Assembly (NCBI GenBank): GCA_020725055.1
Contig: DYFS01000003.1
Location: 1-58,306, forward strand
Source: Candidatus Hadarchaeum sp.
GTDB taxonomy: Archaea > Hadarchaeota > Hadarchaeia > Hadarchaeales > Hadarchaeaceae
Direction: 5' to 3'
Length of the DNA stretch: 58,306 bases
Made by a program: the position numbers and the translations under genes
The notes under the pieces: generated by a model
Seen by the model: only the letters and a program-made list of their open reading frames with translations
Told to the model about the DNA's origin: nothing
The model's database searches: none
Shown: positions 20,296-27,844 of the stretch, piece by piece
How positions within the stretch are numbered: the stretch's first letter is position 1
How the letters are laid out: each line of letters begins with the position of its first letter

Positions 20296-20481
20296 GTGGT
20301 CAAGGGAACTGCTGCGATGGGTAAGCGCCACAAGGTAGCGCACATACGCTGCCGGCGCTGCGGTAGGAGAGCTTTTCACGCCCAGCGCGGGGGTTGCGCC
20401 GCCTGCGGCTACGGCAGGTCTCGCCGAATCACCCGCTACAACTGGAAGGTCAAGAAAATCCAAGGGCTGCGACTTCGTTAG
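20296..20481 (+). CDS. rpl37e: 50S ribosomal protein L37e
   Basis: [22 protein letters not shown]....CAACGYG zinc ribbon. GTG start. Confidence 0.92.
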   Translation: MVKGTAAMGKRHKVAHIRCRRCGRRAFHAQRGGCAACGYGRSRRITRYNWKVKKIQGLRLR

Positions 20482-20547
20482 TTGGTATCTGTCCAACGTT
20501 GGACAATCGTAAAATCTCTTAAGCTTGGGCGACAACTCTCTTTTGGT

Positions 20548-20654
20548 GGGCCGGTGGCGAAGCCTGGTATCGCGTCCGCTTGGCATGCGGAAGGGCGCGG
20601 GACGGTGTTGGGAAATCCGACATCGCGCGAATTCAAATCCCGCCCGGTCCACCA
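20548..20654 (+). tRNA. tRNA-Ala (anticodon GGC) with a ~30-nt insertion between T-stem and T-loop (20602..20631)
   Basis: Acceptor GGGCCGG/CCGGTCC gives the G3:U70 alanine identity pair. D-arm GCGA-AGCCTGGTA-TCGC. Anticodon arm TCCGC-TTGGCAT-GCGGA. T-stem 5' strand GCGGG (20597..20601) is separated by 30 nt from TTCAAAT-CCCGC. Ends in A-CCA. Confidence 0.85.
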
Positions 20655-21816
20655 CTTTTGAATACAGTAGTTTAGAAACGGCATGAATACTTTCGGTTTT
20701 GCTAAAGCACCGATTTTGGGTTAAAACTTATCTCTGGGACAATTTGAGCACCTTTACGATAGTTTATAAATTACTTTCGGGATCTCTCCCTCCCCGAAAA
20801 CCGCTTAGCCCGTTCTTAACAACAGACCAAGGGAATTACTTGCGAAAACAAGGGCATTATATCCAAGACCAGCGCTTGGTTTTCAATCCCGGATGTCAGC
20901 GAAAGCTTATCGAACGTCTTAAAAATAAACAAAAAACCAGTTGGGCGAGTATCACGAAAGATGTGGGAGTATCGGAATATACGTTAAGAATTAGTTGGAG
21001 GTATGAAAAGAGTACTCTACCACTTACGTATGCAAGGAAAATTGCCGATATGTCATCCACAAATTGGGATGATGTGGTGGATAACGTTGTAACGGTACTA
21101 GAAAGGAACTGGGGTCAGAAACACGGAAAAAGAGGCATCGGTTTAAAGAAAATATCCGTCCCAACAGCAGGTGATCCAAAGTTAGCTGAATTTTTTGGAA
21201 TGTTGTTGGGTGATGGTTACTTGTCAGAATATTTCGTTGAAATATGTGGAAACGCGAAATTTGACCAAAATTATCTCACGCAATACGTGCCAAAGTTGGT
21301 ATTCGATCTTTTCAGATTAAGTGGGGCACTCAGAATACAAGACAACACCATGCGTTTGAGGTTTTACTCTAAAAGAATGTCAAAATGGATCGCTGAAACT
21401 TTTGGTTTGTCATATGGAAAGAAAATTTATTCTCTCTCCAGGATACCAAACGCATTTTTCACCGACGCAGTTATACCATCTGCGTGTATCAGAGGATGCA
21501 TCGATACCGATGGAGGGATTTATAGGTTCCATGACCGTGTCGGAATTGCTTTCTTCAACGAAAATAAATTGCTTCTAGAAGATGTGGCACGTGGACTTGA
21601 GAAATTAGGGTTTAGTCCCTATTTCACGAAAGGAAAGGAAGTATGGCTTTTAAAGAAACGGGACGTGCTGCTTTATTTATCCCAGATTGGCACATCGAAT
21701 TTCAAAAATGTGGTAAGGGTGTTGGAATGGCAGCGCAGCGGTAGGTTTCCTCTTCTTTCTGAGGTATCAGAGTTCATACGTAAAGACATAAATGTAAATC
21801 TGCCTTACGTAATGAT
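20655..21816 (+). mobile_element. AT-rich insert between two tRNA genes carrying a free-standing LAGLIDADG endonuclease gene
   Basis: Base composition is visibly more AT-rich than the flanking sequence. The only content is the homing-endonuclease-type ORF. Confidence 0.5.
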
Positions 21817-21889
21817 GGGCCCGTGGTCTAGTGGTTATGAGGTGCCGGGAGAGATCTTGGCCCTGACAAACGTCACCTTGACAAGCTAG
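20699..21889 (+). CDS. LAGLIDADG-family (double-motif) homing endonuclease-like protein with N-terminal HTH-like region
   Basis: Two LAGLIDADG motifs: FFGMLLGDGYL and IRGCIDTDGGIY. The start is unresolved; there is no ATG before codon 117, and the candidates are TTG 20699 or TTG 20840. The last ~24 codons run into tRNA-Val, and the stop TAG at 21887..21889 lies inside that tRNA's anticodon-loop intron. Confidence 0.8.
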   Translation: MLKHRFWVKTYLWDNLSTFTIVYKLLSGSLPPRKPLSPFLTTDQGNYLRKQGHYIQDQRLVFNPGCQRKLIERLKNKQKTSWASITKDVGVSEYTLRISWRYEKSTLPLTYARKIADMSSTNWDDVVDNVVTVLERNWGQKHGKRGIGLKKISVPTAGDPKLAEFFGMLLGDGYLSEYFVEICGNAKFDQNYLTQYVPKLVFDLFRLSGALRIQDNTMRLRFYSKRMSKWIAETFGLSYGKKIYSLSRIPNAFFTDAVIPSACIRGCIDTDGGIYRFHDRVGIAFFNENKLLLEDVARGLEKLGFSPYFTKGKEVWLLKKRDVLLYLSQIGTSNFKNVVRVLEWQRSGRFPLLSEVSEFIRKDINVNLPYVMMGPWSSGYEVPGEILALTNVTLTS

Positions 21890-21938
21890 AAGCGCAAAAA
21901 GGTGAAGGTCCTGGGTTCGAATCCCAGCGGGCCCACCA
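21817..21938 (+). tRNA. tRNA-Val (anticodon GAC) with two introns: 21841..21870 (D-arm, ~position 24/25) and 21884..21899 (canonical 37/38)
   Basis: Acceptor GGGCCCG/CGGGCCC. 5' D-arm GTCTAGTGGTTATGA. Anticodon arm TCACC-TTGACA[intron]A-GGTGA. Variable loop AGGTC. T-arm CTGGG-TTCGAAT-CCCAG. Ends in A-CCA. The spliced length is exactly 76 nt. Confidence 0.8.
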
Positions 21939-21975
21939 CTATTTTTGACATCGCGCGGTAGTTTGATAGGAGAAA

Positions 21976-22767
21976 ATGAAGCTGATACTGGCGTCCGCAA
22001 GGGACCCCGCCGCCCAAAACATAGTGGCGCGGCTACGCGAGCTTTACGATTTTGAGGAGGTACGAGACCGTCCCGGCGTATTCATCCATGAAGATGTTTT
22101 GCTAACGACAGTCGATGGCGGGATAACCCAAATCGATGCGCTACCTCTAGCTGCAGAGGAGGTGATCATCGCCTCGAGGCACGCGAGCGAGTCCGGCGAG
22201 CCAACCCTGACCGTCCACGTGCCAGGTGAGGTCGAGAGGCGAGAACTAGCGGTAGCGTCGCCTGGCACAATCAAAGCCGCCCTCAAGGCGCTCGTCGCCG
22301 CACGTGATGAGCTGGGGCTGCCGTACGAAGTTTCGCTTGAAGCGACCCACCATGGCCCAACTAAGCTTGAGGTGCCGATTACATTCGTTGAGGTGGGCAG
22401 CTCGCAGAAGCAATGGTCTGATATGAGGGCGGCTGAGGCGGCAGCACGCGCTATAATGGCCGCCGCAACCTCACCAGCCGGAGGGCGCCGAGCAATAGGG
22501 TTTGGCGGCCCCCACTACGCGCCCAGACACACAGAGGTCATCTTGCGCACCGATGTCTGCGTGGGCCACATCCTCCCGAAGTACGTGCAAGTCAGCGATG
22601 CACTGATTGAAAAGGCTGTGAAGGCGACACGAGGCGGTGCCGAGCTGTTTGTGCTCGACTGGAAGGGCTTGGACGGTGATGCCCGCACTAAAATTTTGAG
22701 CACCGCTAAAAAACTGGGTCTGTCTGCAACTAAGGCGCACGACCTCCTCAGAGAAGCAAAGGTTTAA
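21976..22767 (+). CDS. dtdA: D-aminoacyl-tRNA deacylase, archaeal type (DTD2)
   Basis: Blocks ASRHAS, EATHHGPT.LEVP..FVE.GSS...W, GGPHYAP and GHILPKY match the archaeal DtdA family as I remember it. Confidence 0.8.
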   Translation: MKLILASARDPAAQNIVARLRELYDFEEVRDRPGVFIHEDVLLTTVDGGITQIDALPLAAEEVIIASRHASESGEPTLTVHVPGEVERRELAVASPGTIKAALKALVAARDELGLPYEVSLEATHHGPTKLEVPITFVEVGSSQKQWSDMRAAEAAARAIMAAATSPAGGRRAIGFGGPHYAPRHTEVILRTDVCVGHILPKYVQVSDALIEKAVKATRGGAELFVLDWKGLDGDARTKILSTAKKLGLSATKAHDLLREAKV

Positions 22768-22819
22768 GTATCTCTCATGACCGAATTGCGTTTGCGGGAG
22801 AGGTTAAGAGGGTGCGAGG

Positions 22820-23968
22820 ATGGCAAGTGGGTTTAAGCCGGAGACCGGGTTCGAGCTCGCCCTAAAAACTGAACCCCAACCGGCGGTTACAAAGCCTGAA
22901 GTTCAACCCGTCCCCATTTCAATCGACCGCGAGCTCGAGCAGGTGCTCGAGCAGGCGCGCGCCCGTATCTTGGTGGTTGGGGCCGGCGGTGCCGGGTGTA
23001 ATACCGTGACGCGCATAATGGAGGTCGGAATCAGGGGCGCCGATTCCATCGCGGTGAACACCGACGCGCAGGATTTGCTCTACACGACCGCAGACCGTAA
23101 AATCCTGATCGGGCGCGACGTGACGTACGGCCTCGGTGCCGGCAATGACCCAGAGAAGGGGGAGAAAGCGGCGCGCGAGGATGAGAACTTGATAAAGGAG
23201 CAGATTCACGGTGCGGATATGGTTTTTGTCACATGTGGTCTCGGCGGCGGCACCGGCACAGGCTCGGTGCCAGTCATAGCCGAGGTTGCCCGCAAGTTTG
23301 GGGCGCTCACGGTTTCTGTCGTAACGCTGCCGTTTGGTGTCGAGGGGAAGCGCCGGAGGCAAAACGCCGAGCAGGGGCTGCAGCGCCTGCAGGAGGCCAG
23401 CGACACCGTGATCGTGATTCCAAACGACAAGCTGCTCGAAATCGCCCCCGACCTGCCGATAGCCGCGGCGTTCAAAGTCGCCGACCAGCTTTTGATGGAT
23501 TCTATCAAGGGTGTAACCGAACTAATAACCAAGCCCGGCCTGATCAACCTGGACTTCGCGGACATAAAGACCGTGCTACAGAACGGTGGAGTTGCTATGA
23601 TCGGCGTCGGTGAGTCAGACACCGAGAACCGCGCGGTGGAGGCGGTGGAGGAGGCGTTGAGCAGCCCGTTGCTCGACGTGGAGATCACGGGGGCAAAGGG
23701 GGCCTTGGTTAACGTGGTGGGCGACCCCAGCCTAACGCTTGAGGAGGCAGAAAAAATAGTTGGGCGGGTATCGGAGGCGCTCGATCCAGAGGCACACGTG
23801 ATATGGGGTGCACAGATTTCCGAGGAACTCAAGAACGCGGTGAGGGTTATGGTAATCCTGTCTGGGGTGCACTCACCCTACGTGTTGGCCCCGGGGGAGC
23901 GCCCCGCGGTTAGGAAGGGGAAGGTGCCAGCCGCGCCAATCGATTTGGGATTGGAGTTCTTGAGGTAA
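22820..23968 (+). CDS. ftsZ: Cell division GTPase FtsZ
   Basis: GAGGAGCNTV and the tubulin signature GLGGGTGTGS. Confidence 0.95.
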   Translation: MASGFKPETGFELALKTEPQPAVTKPEVQPVPISIDRELEQVLEQARARILVVGAGGAGCNTVTRIMEVGIRGADSIAVNTDAQDLLYTTADRKILIGRDVTYGLGAGNDPEKGEKAAREDENLIKEQIHGADMVFVTCGLGGGTGTGSVPVIAEVARKFGALTVSVVTLPFGVEGKRRRQNAEQGLQRLQEASDTVIVIPNDKLLEIAPDLPIAAAFKVADQLLMDSIKGVTELITKPGLINLDFADIKTVLQNGGVAMIGVGESDTENRAVEAVEEALSSPLLDVEITGAKGALVNVVGDPSLTLEEAEKIVGRVSEALDPEAHVIWGAQISEELKNAVRVMVILSGVHSPYVLAPGERPAVRKGKVPAAPIDLGLEFLR

Positions 23969-24136
23969 ATGCTGCGAGAATTCTTCCGCGAGTGTAAGCG
24001 CGTGTTTCGGGTCGCTCGGAAACCGGACAAAAGCGAGTACATGACGATAGTGAAGGTAACTGGCCTTGGGATGCTATTAATCGGGCTCGTTGGTTTTGCA
24101 GTGATGGCGGTCGCCAGAATGCTCGGCGGCACCTGA
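23969..24136 (+). CDS. secE: Protein translocase subunit SecE/Sec61-gamma (55 aa; below the ORF-track cutoff)
   Basis: The ATG directly abuts the ftsZ stop. Translation is MLREFFRECKRVFRVARKPDKSEYMTIVKVTGLGMLLIGLVGFAVMAVARMLGGT: a basic N-terminus plus a single TM helix. The conserved secE-spt5-rpl11 gene order supports the call. Confidence 0.85.
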   Translation: MLREFFRECKRVFRVARKPDKSEYMTIVKVTGLGMLLIGLVGFAVMAVARMLGGT

Positions 24137-24152
24137 TTTTGGAGTCGATGAG

Positions 24153-24641
24153 ATGGAGGAAAAACAGGAAATCATCAAACCAGCGGTCTTTGCTGTTAGG
24201 ACAACCATCGGGCAGGAGAAGGGCGCAGCGGACATGATAGTCAAGCGCGCCAGAAGCTACAACCTGCCGATAAAGGCGGTGCTGGCCCCGCCCGGTATAA
24301 GGGGGTACATCTTCGTTGAGGCCGAGGGTGAGACGGCGGTTGAACAGGCGCGCGCCGGGCTCAAGCACGCGAAGGGAGTCGTAAGCGGGGAGGTGGCGCT
24401 CACCGAGATCGAGCACTTCTTGGTGCCCAAGCCTGTCGTCACGGGCATGGAGGTCGGCGACGTGGTCGAGCTGGTGGCTGGGCCGTTCAGGGGCGAGAAG
24501 GCACGCATCATTCGAATAGACCAAGCCAAAGAGGAGATAACCGTGGAGCTTTTCGAGGCGATGGTGCCCATCCCGGTGACGGTGAGGGGCGACCACGTCA
24601 AGGTGATCGAGAAAAAGGAGAAAAAGGAGGAGAAGGGATGA
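24153..24641 (+). CDS. spt5: Transcription elongation factor Spt5 (NusG)
   Basis: NGN domain plus KOW motif GDVVELVAGPFRGEKARI. Confidence 0.9.
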   Translation: MEEKQEIIKPAVFAVRTTIGQEKGAADMIVKRARSYNLPIKAVLAPPGIRGYIFVEAEGETAVEQARAGLKHAKGVVSGEVALTEIEHFLVPKPVVTGMEVGDVVELVAGPFRGEKARIIRIDQAKEEITVELFEAMVPIPVTVRGDHVKVIEKKEKKEEKG

Positions 24642-24928
24642 AGGCGAACGAGGTAAAGCCGGAGATGCGAAGGGTCGACTTGGACCTCAAAATCGTCGAG
24701 ATCGAGGAGCCCCGCACTTATACCAGCAGGGCAGGGCGCGAGGGGAAGGTCACGACCGCGGTGGGTGAGGACGACTCCGGGCGGATAAAAATATCGCTCT
24801 GGGATAAGGACATTGACCTGGTCAAAGTCGGTAGCCAGATACGGATACGCAACGGTTACGCGCGGCTCTTCAGGAACGAGGTCTACGTCAGCGCAGGCAT
24901 CTACGGCAGGCTTGAAGTCGTCGAGTGA
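24638..24928 (+). CDS. Single OB-fold nucleic-acid-binding protein (RPA/SSB-like)
   Basis: The pattern VDL.LKIVEI...........G.V....VGDDSGRIKISLW........G..I.I.NGY......EV.V is typical of an RPA-type OB fold. Its start overlaps the spt5 stop (ATGA). Confidence 0.6.
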   Translation: MKANEVKPEMRRVDLDLKIVEIEEPRTYTSRAGREGKVTTAVGEDDSGRIKISLWDKDIDLVKVGSQIRIRNGYARLFRNEVYVSAGIYGRLEVVE

Positions 24929-25016
24929 GTGAGCCCCCAAAACCCGCAGCGTTTTTATGCGTACCCGCCTTATTCTTGAGAGAGCTTAGCAAGCGATCCG
25001 GATTTGGGGCTCGAGT

Positions 25017-25496
25017 ATGAAATCTGTGGTTAAAGTTATGGTGGAAGGAGGCAAGGCTACGCCGGGACCACCCATAGGTCCGGCTCTAGGGCCACTAGGC
25101 CTCAACGTCCCCCAGGTGATTGCGGAGATAAACGAGAAAACCGCGGCATTCACCGGCATAAAAGTGCCAGTCAAAATAATCGCGGACAAAAAGACGAGGC
25201 AGTTCGAGATAGAGGTTGGGTTGCCCCCCGCGGCGGCGCTGGTGAGGAAGCAACTCGGCATCGAGAAGGGGGCCAAGACCGCCGGAAAAGAGGTCGTTGG
25301 AAACCTAACCCTCTCTCAAGCGGTTGAACTCGCGAAGTTGAGGAGGGACGCCAGCTTGGCAAAAAACCTCAAGGCGGCGGTCAAAGAGATCCTCGGAACG
25401 TGCGTGAGTATGGGTGTGACGGTCGAGGGCAGGGACGCTCGCGAGGTGCAGCGAGAGATAGCCGAGGGCAAGCACGACGCGGTTTTTGGTGAGTAA
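25017..25496 (+). CDS. rpl11: 50S ribosomal protein L11
   Basis: GGKATPGPPIGPALGPLGLN motif. Confidence 0.95.
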   Translation: MKSVVKVMVEGGKATPGPPIGPALGPLGLNVPQVIAEINEKTAAFTGIKVPVKIIADKKTRQFEIEVGLPPAAALVRKQLGIEKGAKTAGKEVVGNLTLSQAVELAKLRRDASLAKNLKAAVKEILGTCVSMGVTVEGRDAREVQREIAEGKHDAVFGE

Positions 25497-26141
25497 ATGC
25501 CCTCGCGCGAAAACATACTCAAAGCCCTAGGGCAGGCGAGGCAGGGTGAAAAGCGCAAGTTCCCCCAGAGTTTCGAGCTGGCGATAAGCTTCGGGGGTCT
25601 CGACATGACGAAGCCTGAGAACCGCATCGCGGAGGAGGCCGTCCTGCCGCACGGTGTCGGCGAGCCCCAAAAAGTCGCGTTTTTCGCGGAGGGGGAGCTG
25701 GCGAGAAACGCGCGCGACGCCGGGGCTGATGCTGTGCTTGGGCGCGAAGATATAGGGGCTCTCCAAAAAGACCGCAAGCAGATGAAGCGGGTGGCTGAAG
25801 CATACGATTTTTTCGTTTCACAGGCAGATTTGATGCCTCTGATAGGTAAGGCCTTGGGCCCGGCACTTGGGCCACGGGGAAAGATGCCGAAACCCGTGCC
25901 GCCAACCGTGGACCCTAAGCCGTTGCTCGAGCGCTACAAGAAGACCGCGCGCATCCGGATGCGCGACCAGCCGGTGATTCACGCGCGGGTAGGGATGGAG
26001 GGCATGACGGACGAGCAGCTCGCCGACAACATCCAAGCGGTAATCGACCTCCTCGAGCACAAGTTCGAGCAGGTTTTTCGCCAAGTTGGTGCGATACGCG
26101 TCAAAACAACGATGGGAAAACCGGTGAAAATTGAGGTGTGA
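25497..26141 (+). CDS. rpl1: 50S ribosomal protein L1
   Basis: L1 family blocks (F.QSFEL.I.........R, GKALGPRGKMP). Conserved position in the operon. Confidence 0.93.
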   Translation: MPSRENILKALGQARQGEKRKFPQSFELAISFGGLDMTKPENRIAEEAVLPHGVGEPQKVAFFAEGELARNARDAGADAVLGREDIGALQKDRKQMKRVAEAYDFFVSQADLMPLIGKALGPALGPRGKMPKPVPPTVDPKPLLERYKKTARIRMRDQPVIHARVGMEGMTDEQLADNIQAVIDLLEHKFEQVFRQVGAIRVKTTMGKPVKIEV

Positions 26142-27136
26142 GCGTGACGGTGAGCGCGAAGGCCGTGGAAATCACCCCCTGGAAGCAAGAGGTTGTGAGC
26201 GAGGTGGCAGAGATGCTCGAGCGCTACCCGGTGGTGGGCGTCTTGGACATCACGGATTTGCCCGCCGCCCAGTTCCAGAAGATGAGGCAGAGACTCCGCG
26301 GTCAGGCCGAAATCAGAGTCGTCAAAAATACGCTGATAGAGATTGCGCTCGAACAAGTCGCGCAGAAAAAGGACCCCAAGCTCAAGGAGCTCGCGAGCCA
26401 CCTCCTGGGGCAATCCGCGGTGATTTTCACCCACATGAACCCCTTCAGGCTCAGCAAAATCCTCGACGCGAGCAAGATAGGCGCCCCGGCGAAGCCCGGC
26501 GTCAAGGCGCAGAAGGACATCGTGATCCCGGCGGGTGAGACGGATTTTGCCCCCGGACCAGTCGTGGGGGAGCTCCAGCGCGCGGGTATCAAAGCCCGCA
26601 TCCAAGCCGGGAAGGTCGTAATCCTCGAGGACTGCCCCATCCTCAAGCGCGGCGACACCATAACCAAAGAGGTAGCTGACGCGCTCGCGAAATTCGGCAT
26701 CCAGCCGCTCGAGCTTGGGCTGAAACTCCGGGCTACTTACGAGGGGGGCATGGTGTTTTCAGGTGAAGTTCTCGAAATCGACGAGGGCAAGGTCATAGCG
26801 CAATTACAAGAGGCGGGCATCAGCGCTTTGAACCTCACGTTGAACCTGAACTACCCGACACCAATGACCATAGGCATGATGATTGTGAAGGCTAGCGCCG
26901 CAGCCCAGAACCTCGCACTCAATGCTTGCTTGCCGATCTCTCAGGTCATGCCCTCGCTGCTCGCCCGCGCCCGCGCCGAGATGCTGGGCCTCGCTGTGGC
27001 CGTTGGTACAAAGAACCCCGGCGCACTTGACGAAGAGCTCAGGGGGATACTCGGGATAACGCCGCCGGTTGGGCCAAAACCCGGGGAAAAACCGATGGAA
27101 GAAAAGCCTAAAGAAGAGCAAAAGGAAGGTAAATGA
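26138..27136 (+). CDS. rplP0: 50S ribosomal stalk protein P0 (L10)
   Basis: P0 N-terminal domain and a Lys/Glu-rich C-terminal tail. GTG start overlapping the rpl1 stop. Confidence 0.92.
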   Translation: MSVTVSAKAVEITPWKQEVVSEVAEMLERYPVVGVLDITDLPAAQFQKMRQRLRGQAEIRVVKNTLIEIALEQVAQKKDPKLKELASHLLGQSAVIFTHMNPFRLSKILDASKIGAPAKPGVKAQKDIVIPAGETDFAPGPVVGELQRAGIKARIQAGKVVILEDCPILKRGDTITKEVADALAKFGIQPLELGLKLRATYEGGMVFSGEVLEIDEGKVIAQLQEAGISALNLTLNLNYPTPMTIGMMIVKASAAAQNLALNACLPISQVMPSLLARARAEMLGLAVAVGTKNPGALDEELRGILGITPPVGPKPGEKPMEEKPKEEQKEGK

Positions 27137-27173
27137 CGGTCAAACCGATGTTCAAATGATGGAGGTATAACGG

Positions 27174-27473
27174 ATGGAATACGTCTACGCGTCGCTTGTG
27201 CTACACGCAGCCGGAAAGAAGGTGGATGAGGCTGGGCTAACAAACATCCTCAAGGCGGCAGGGGCGCAGGTTGACGAGGCCCGGGTAAAAGCCTTGGTCG
27301 CAACTCTGGAGGGCGTCAACATCGACGAGGCGATAAAGAGCGCCGCTGTTCCGGTAGCTGCAGCTCCAGCCGCGGCTCCGGCAGCGAAGGTTGAGGAAAA
27401 GAAGGAAGAGAAGAAGGTCGAGGAGAAGAAAGAGGAAGAGGCGCTCGCCGGGCTCAGCGCGTTGTTCGGCTAA
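27174..27473 (+). CDS. rpl12: 50S ribosomal stalk protein P1 (L12)
   Basis: MEYVYA.L.LH N-terminus, an Ala/Pro hinge, and the EEKKEEE...GLSALFG C-terminus. Confidence 0.93.
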   Translation: MEYVYASLVLHAAGKKVDEAGLTNILKAAGAQVDEARVKALVATLEGVNIDEAIKSAAVPVAAAPAAAPAAKVEEKKEEKKVEEKKEEEALAGLSALFG

Positions 27474-27500
27474 GTGTTCTAAATGCTAAGTGTTCTAAAT
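27469..27500 (+). repeat. Perfect tandem duplication (2 x 16 nt, GCTAAGTGTTCTAAAT) spanning the rpl12 stop codon
   Basis: Read directly from the sequence: 27469..27484 is identical to 27485..27500. Confidence 0.95.
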
Positions 27501-27581
27501 AGGACACCTGGCCAGAAAGTAGGCTCTTTGATGCTGCTCCAACAAAATTTTGCCGCCGCCCGCTGCCCGGGATGATTTTCA

Positions 27582-27606
27582 TAGTTAGTAGTGTCATTAC
27601 TAACTA
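27582..27606. repeat. AT-rich perfect hairpin, copy 1 (TAGTTAGTA-GTGTCAT-TACTAACTA)
   Basis: 9-bp stem with a 7-nt loop. Followed by CGGAAA. Confidence 0.9.
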
Positions 27607-27712
27607 CGGAAAGAGGTGCGCGTGAGCCTCTACGCCCCGATCTCGCGCGATGAGTACGAGAGGAAACTCGAGCAGCTCGTGCTCGTTTGAGGCCGCGGCA
27701 CCCCCTGTCTGC

Positions 27713-27737
27713 TAGTTAGTAGTCTCATTACTAACTA
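27713..27737. repeat. AT-rich perfect hairpin, copy 2 (TAGTTAGTA-GTCTCAT-TACTAACTA)
   Basis: Identical to copy 1 except for one loop base. Followed by CGAAAA. Confidence 0.9.
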
Positions 27738-27844
27738 CGAAAACCGCGAGATGTGCGGGCCGGGGCCAACGCTTATTTGAGCACCACTAGCTCCTTCGAG
27801 CGAAGACTTTTAACTCTCACAGATTATTTTGGTTGGGCAAGCTT

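Noticed and set aside
20272-20684. Minus-strand ORFs of 127 aa and 68 aa
   Set aside because: They run antisense to rpl37e and tRNA-Ala. The tRNA and L37e assignments explain the sequence.
27500-27832. C/D-box sRNA in the rpl12-alaS spacer
   Set aside because: There are ATGAT/GATGAG-like strings, but no properly spaced C (RTGATGA) and D (CTGA) boxes with terminal pairing could be found.
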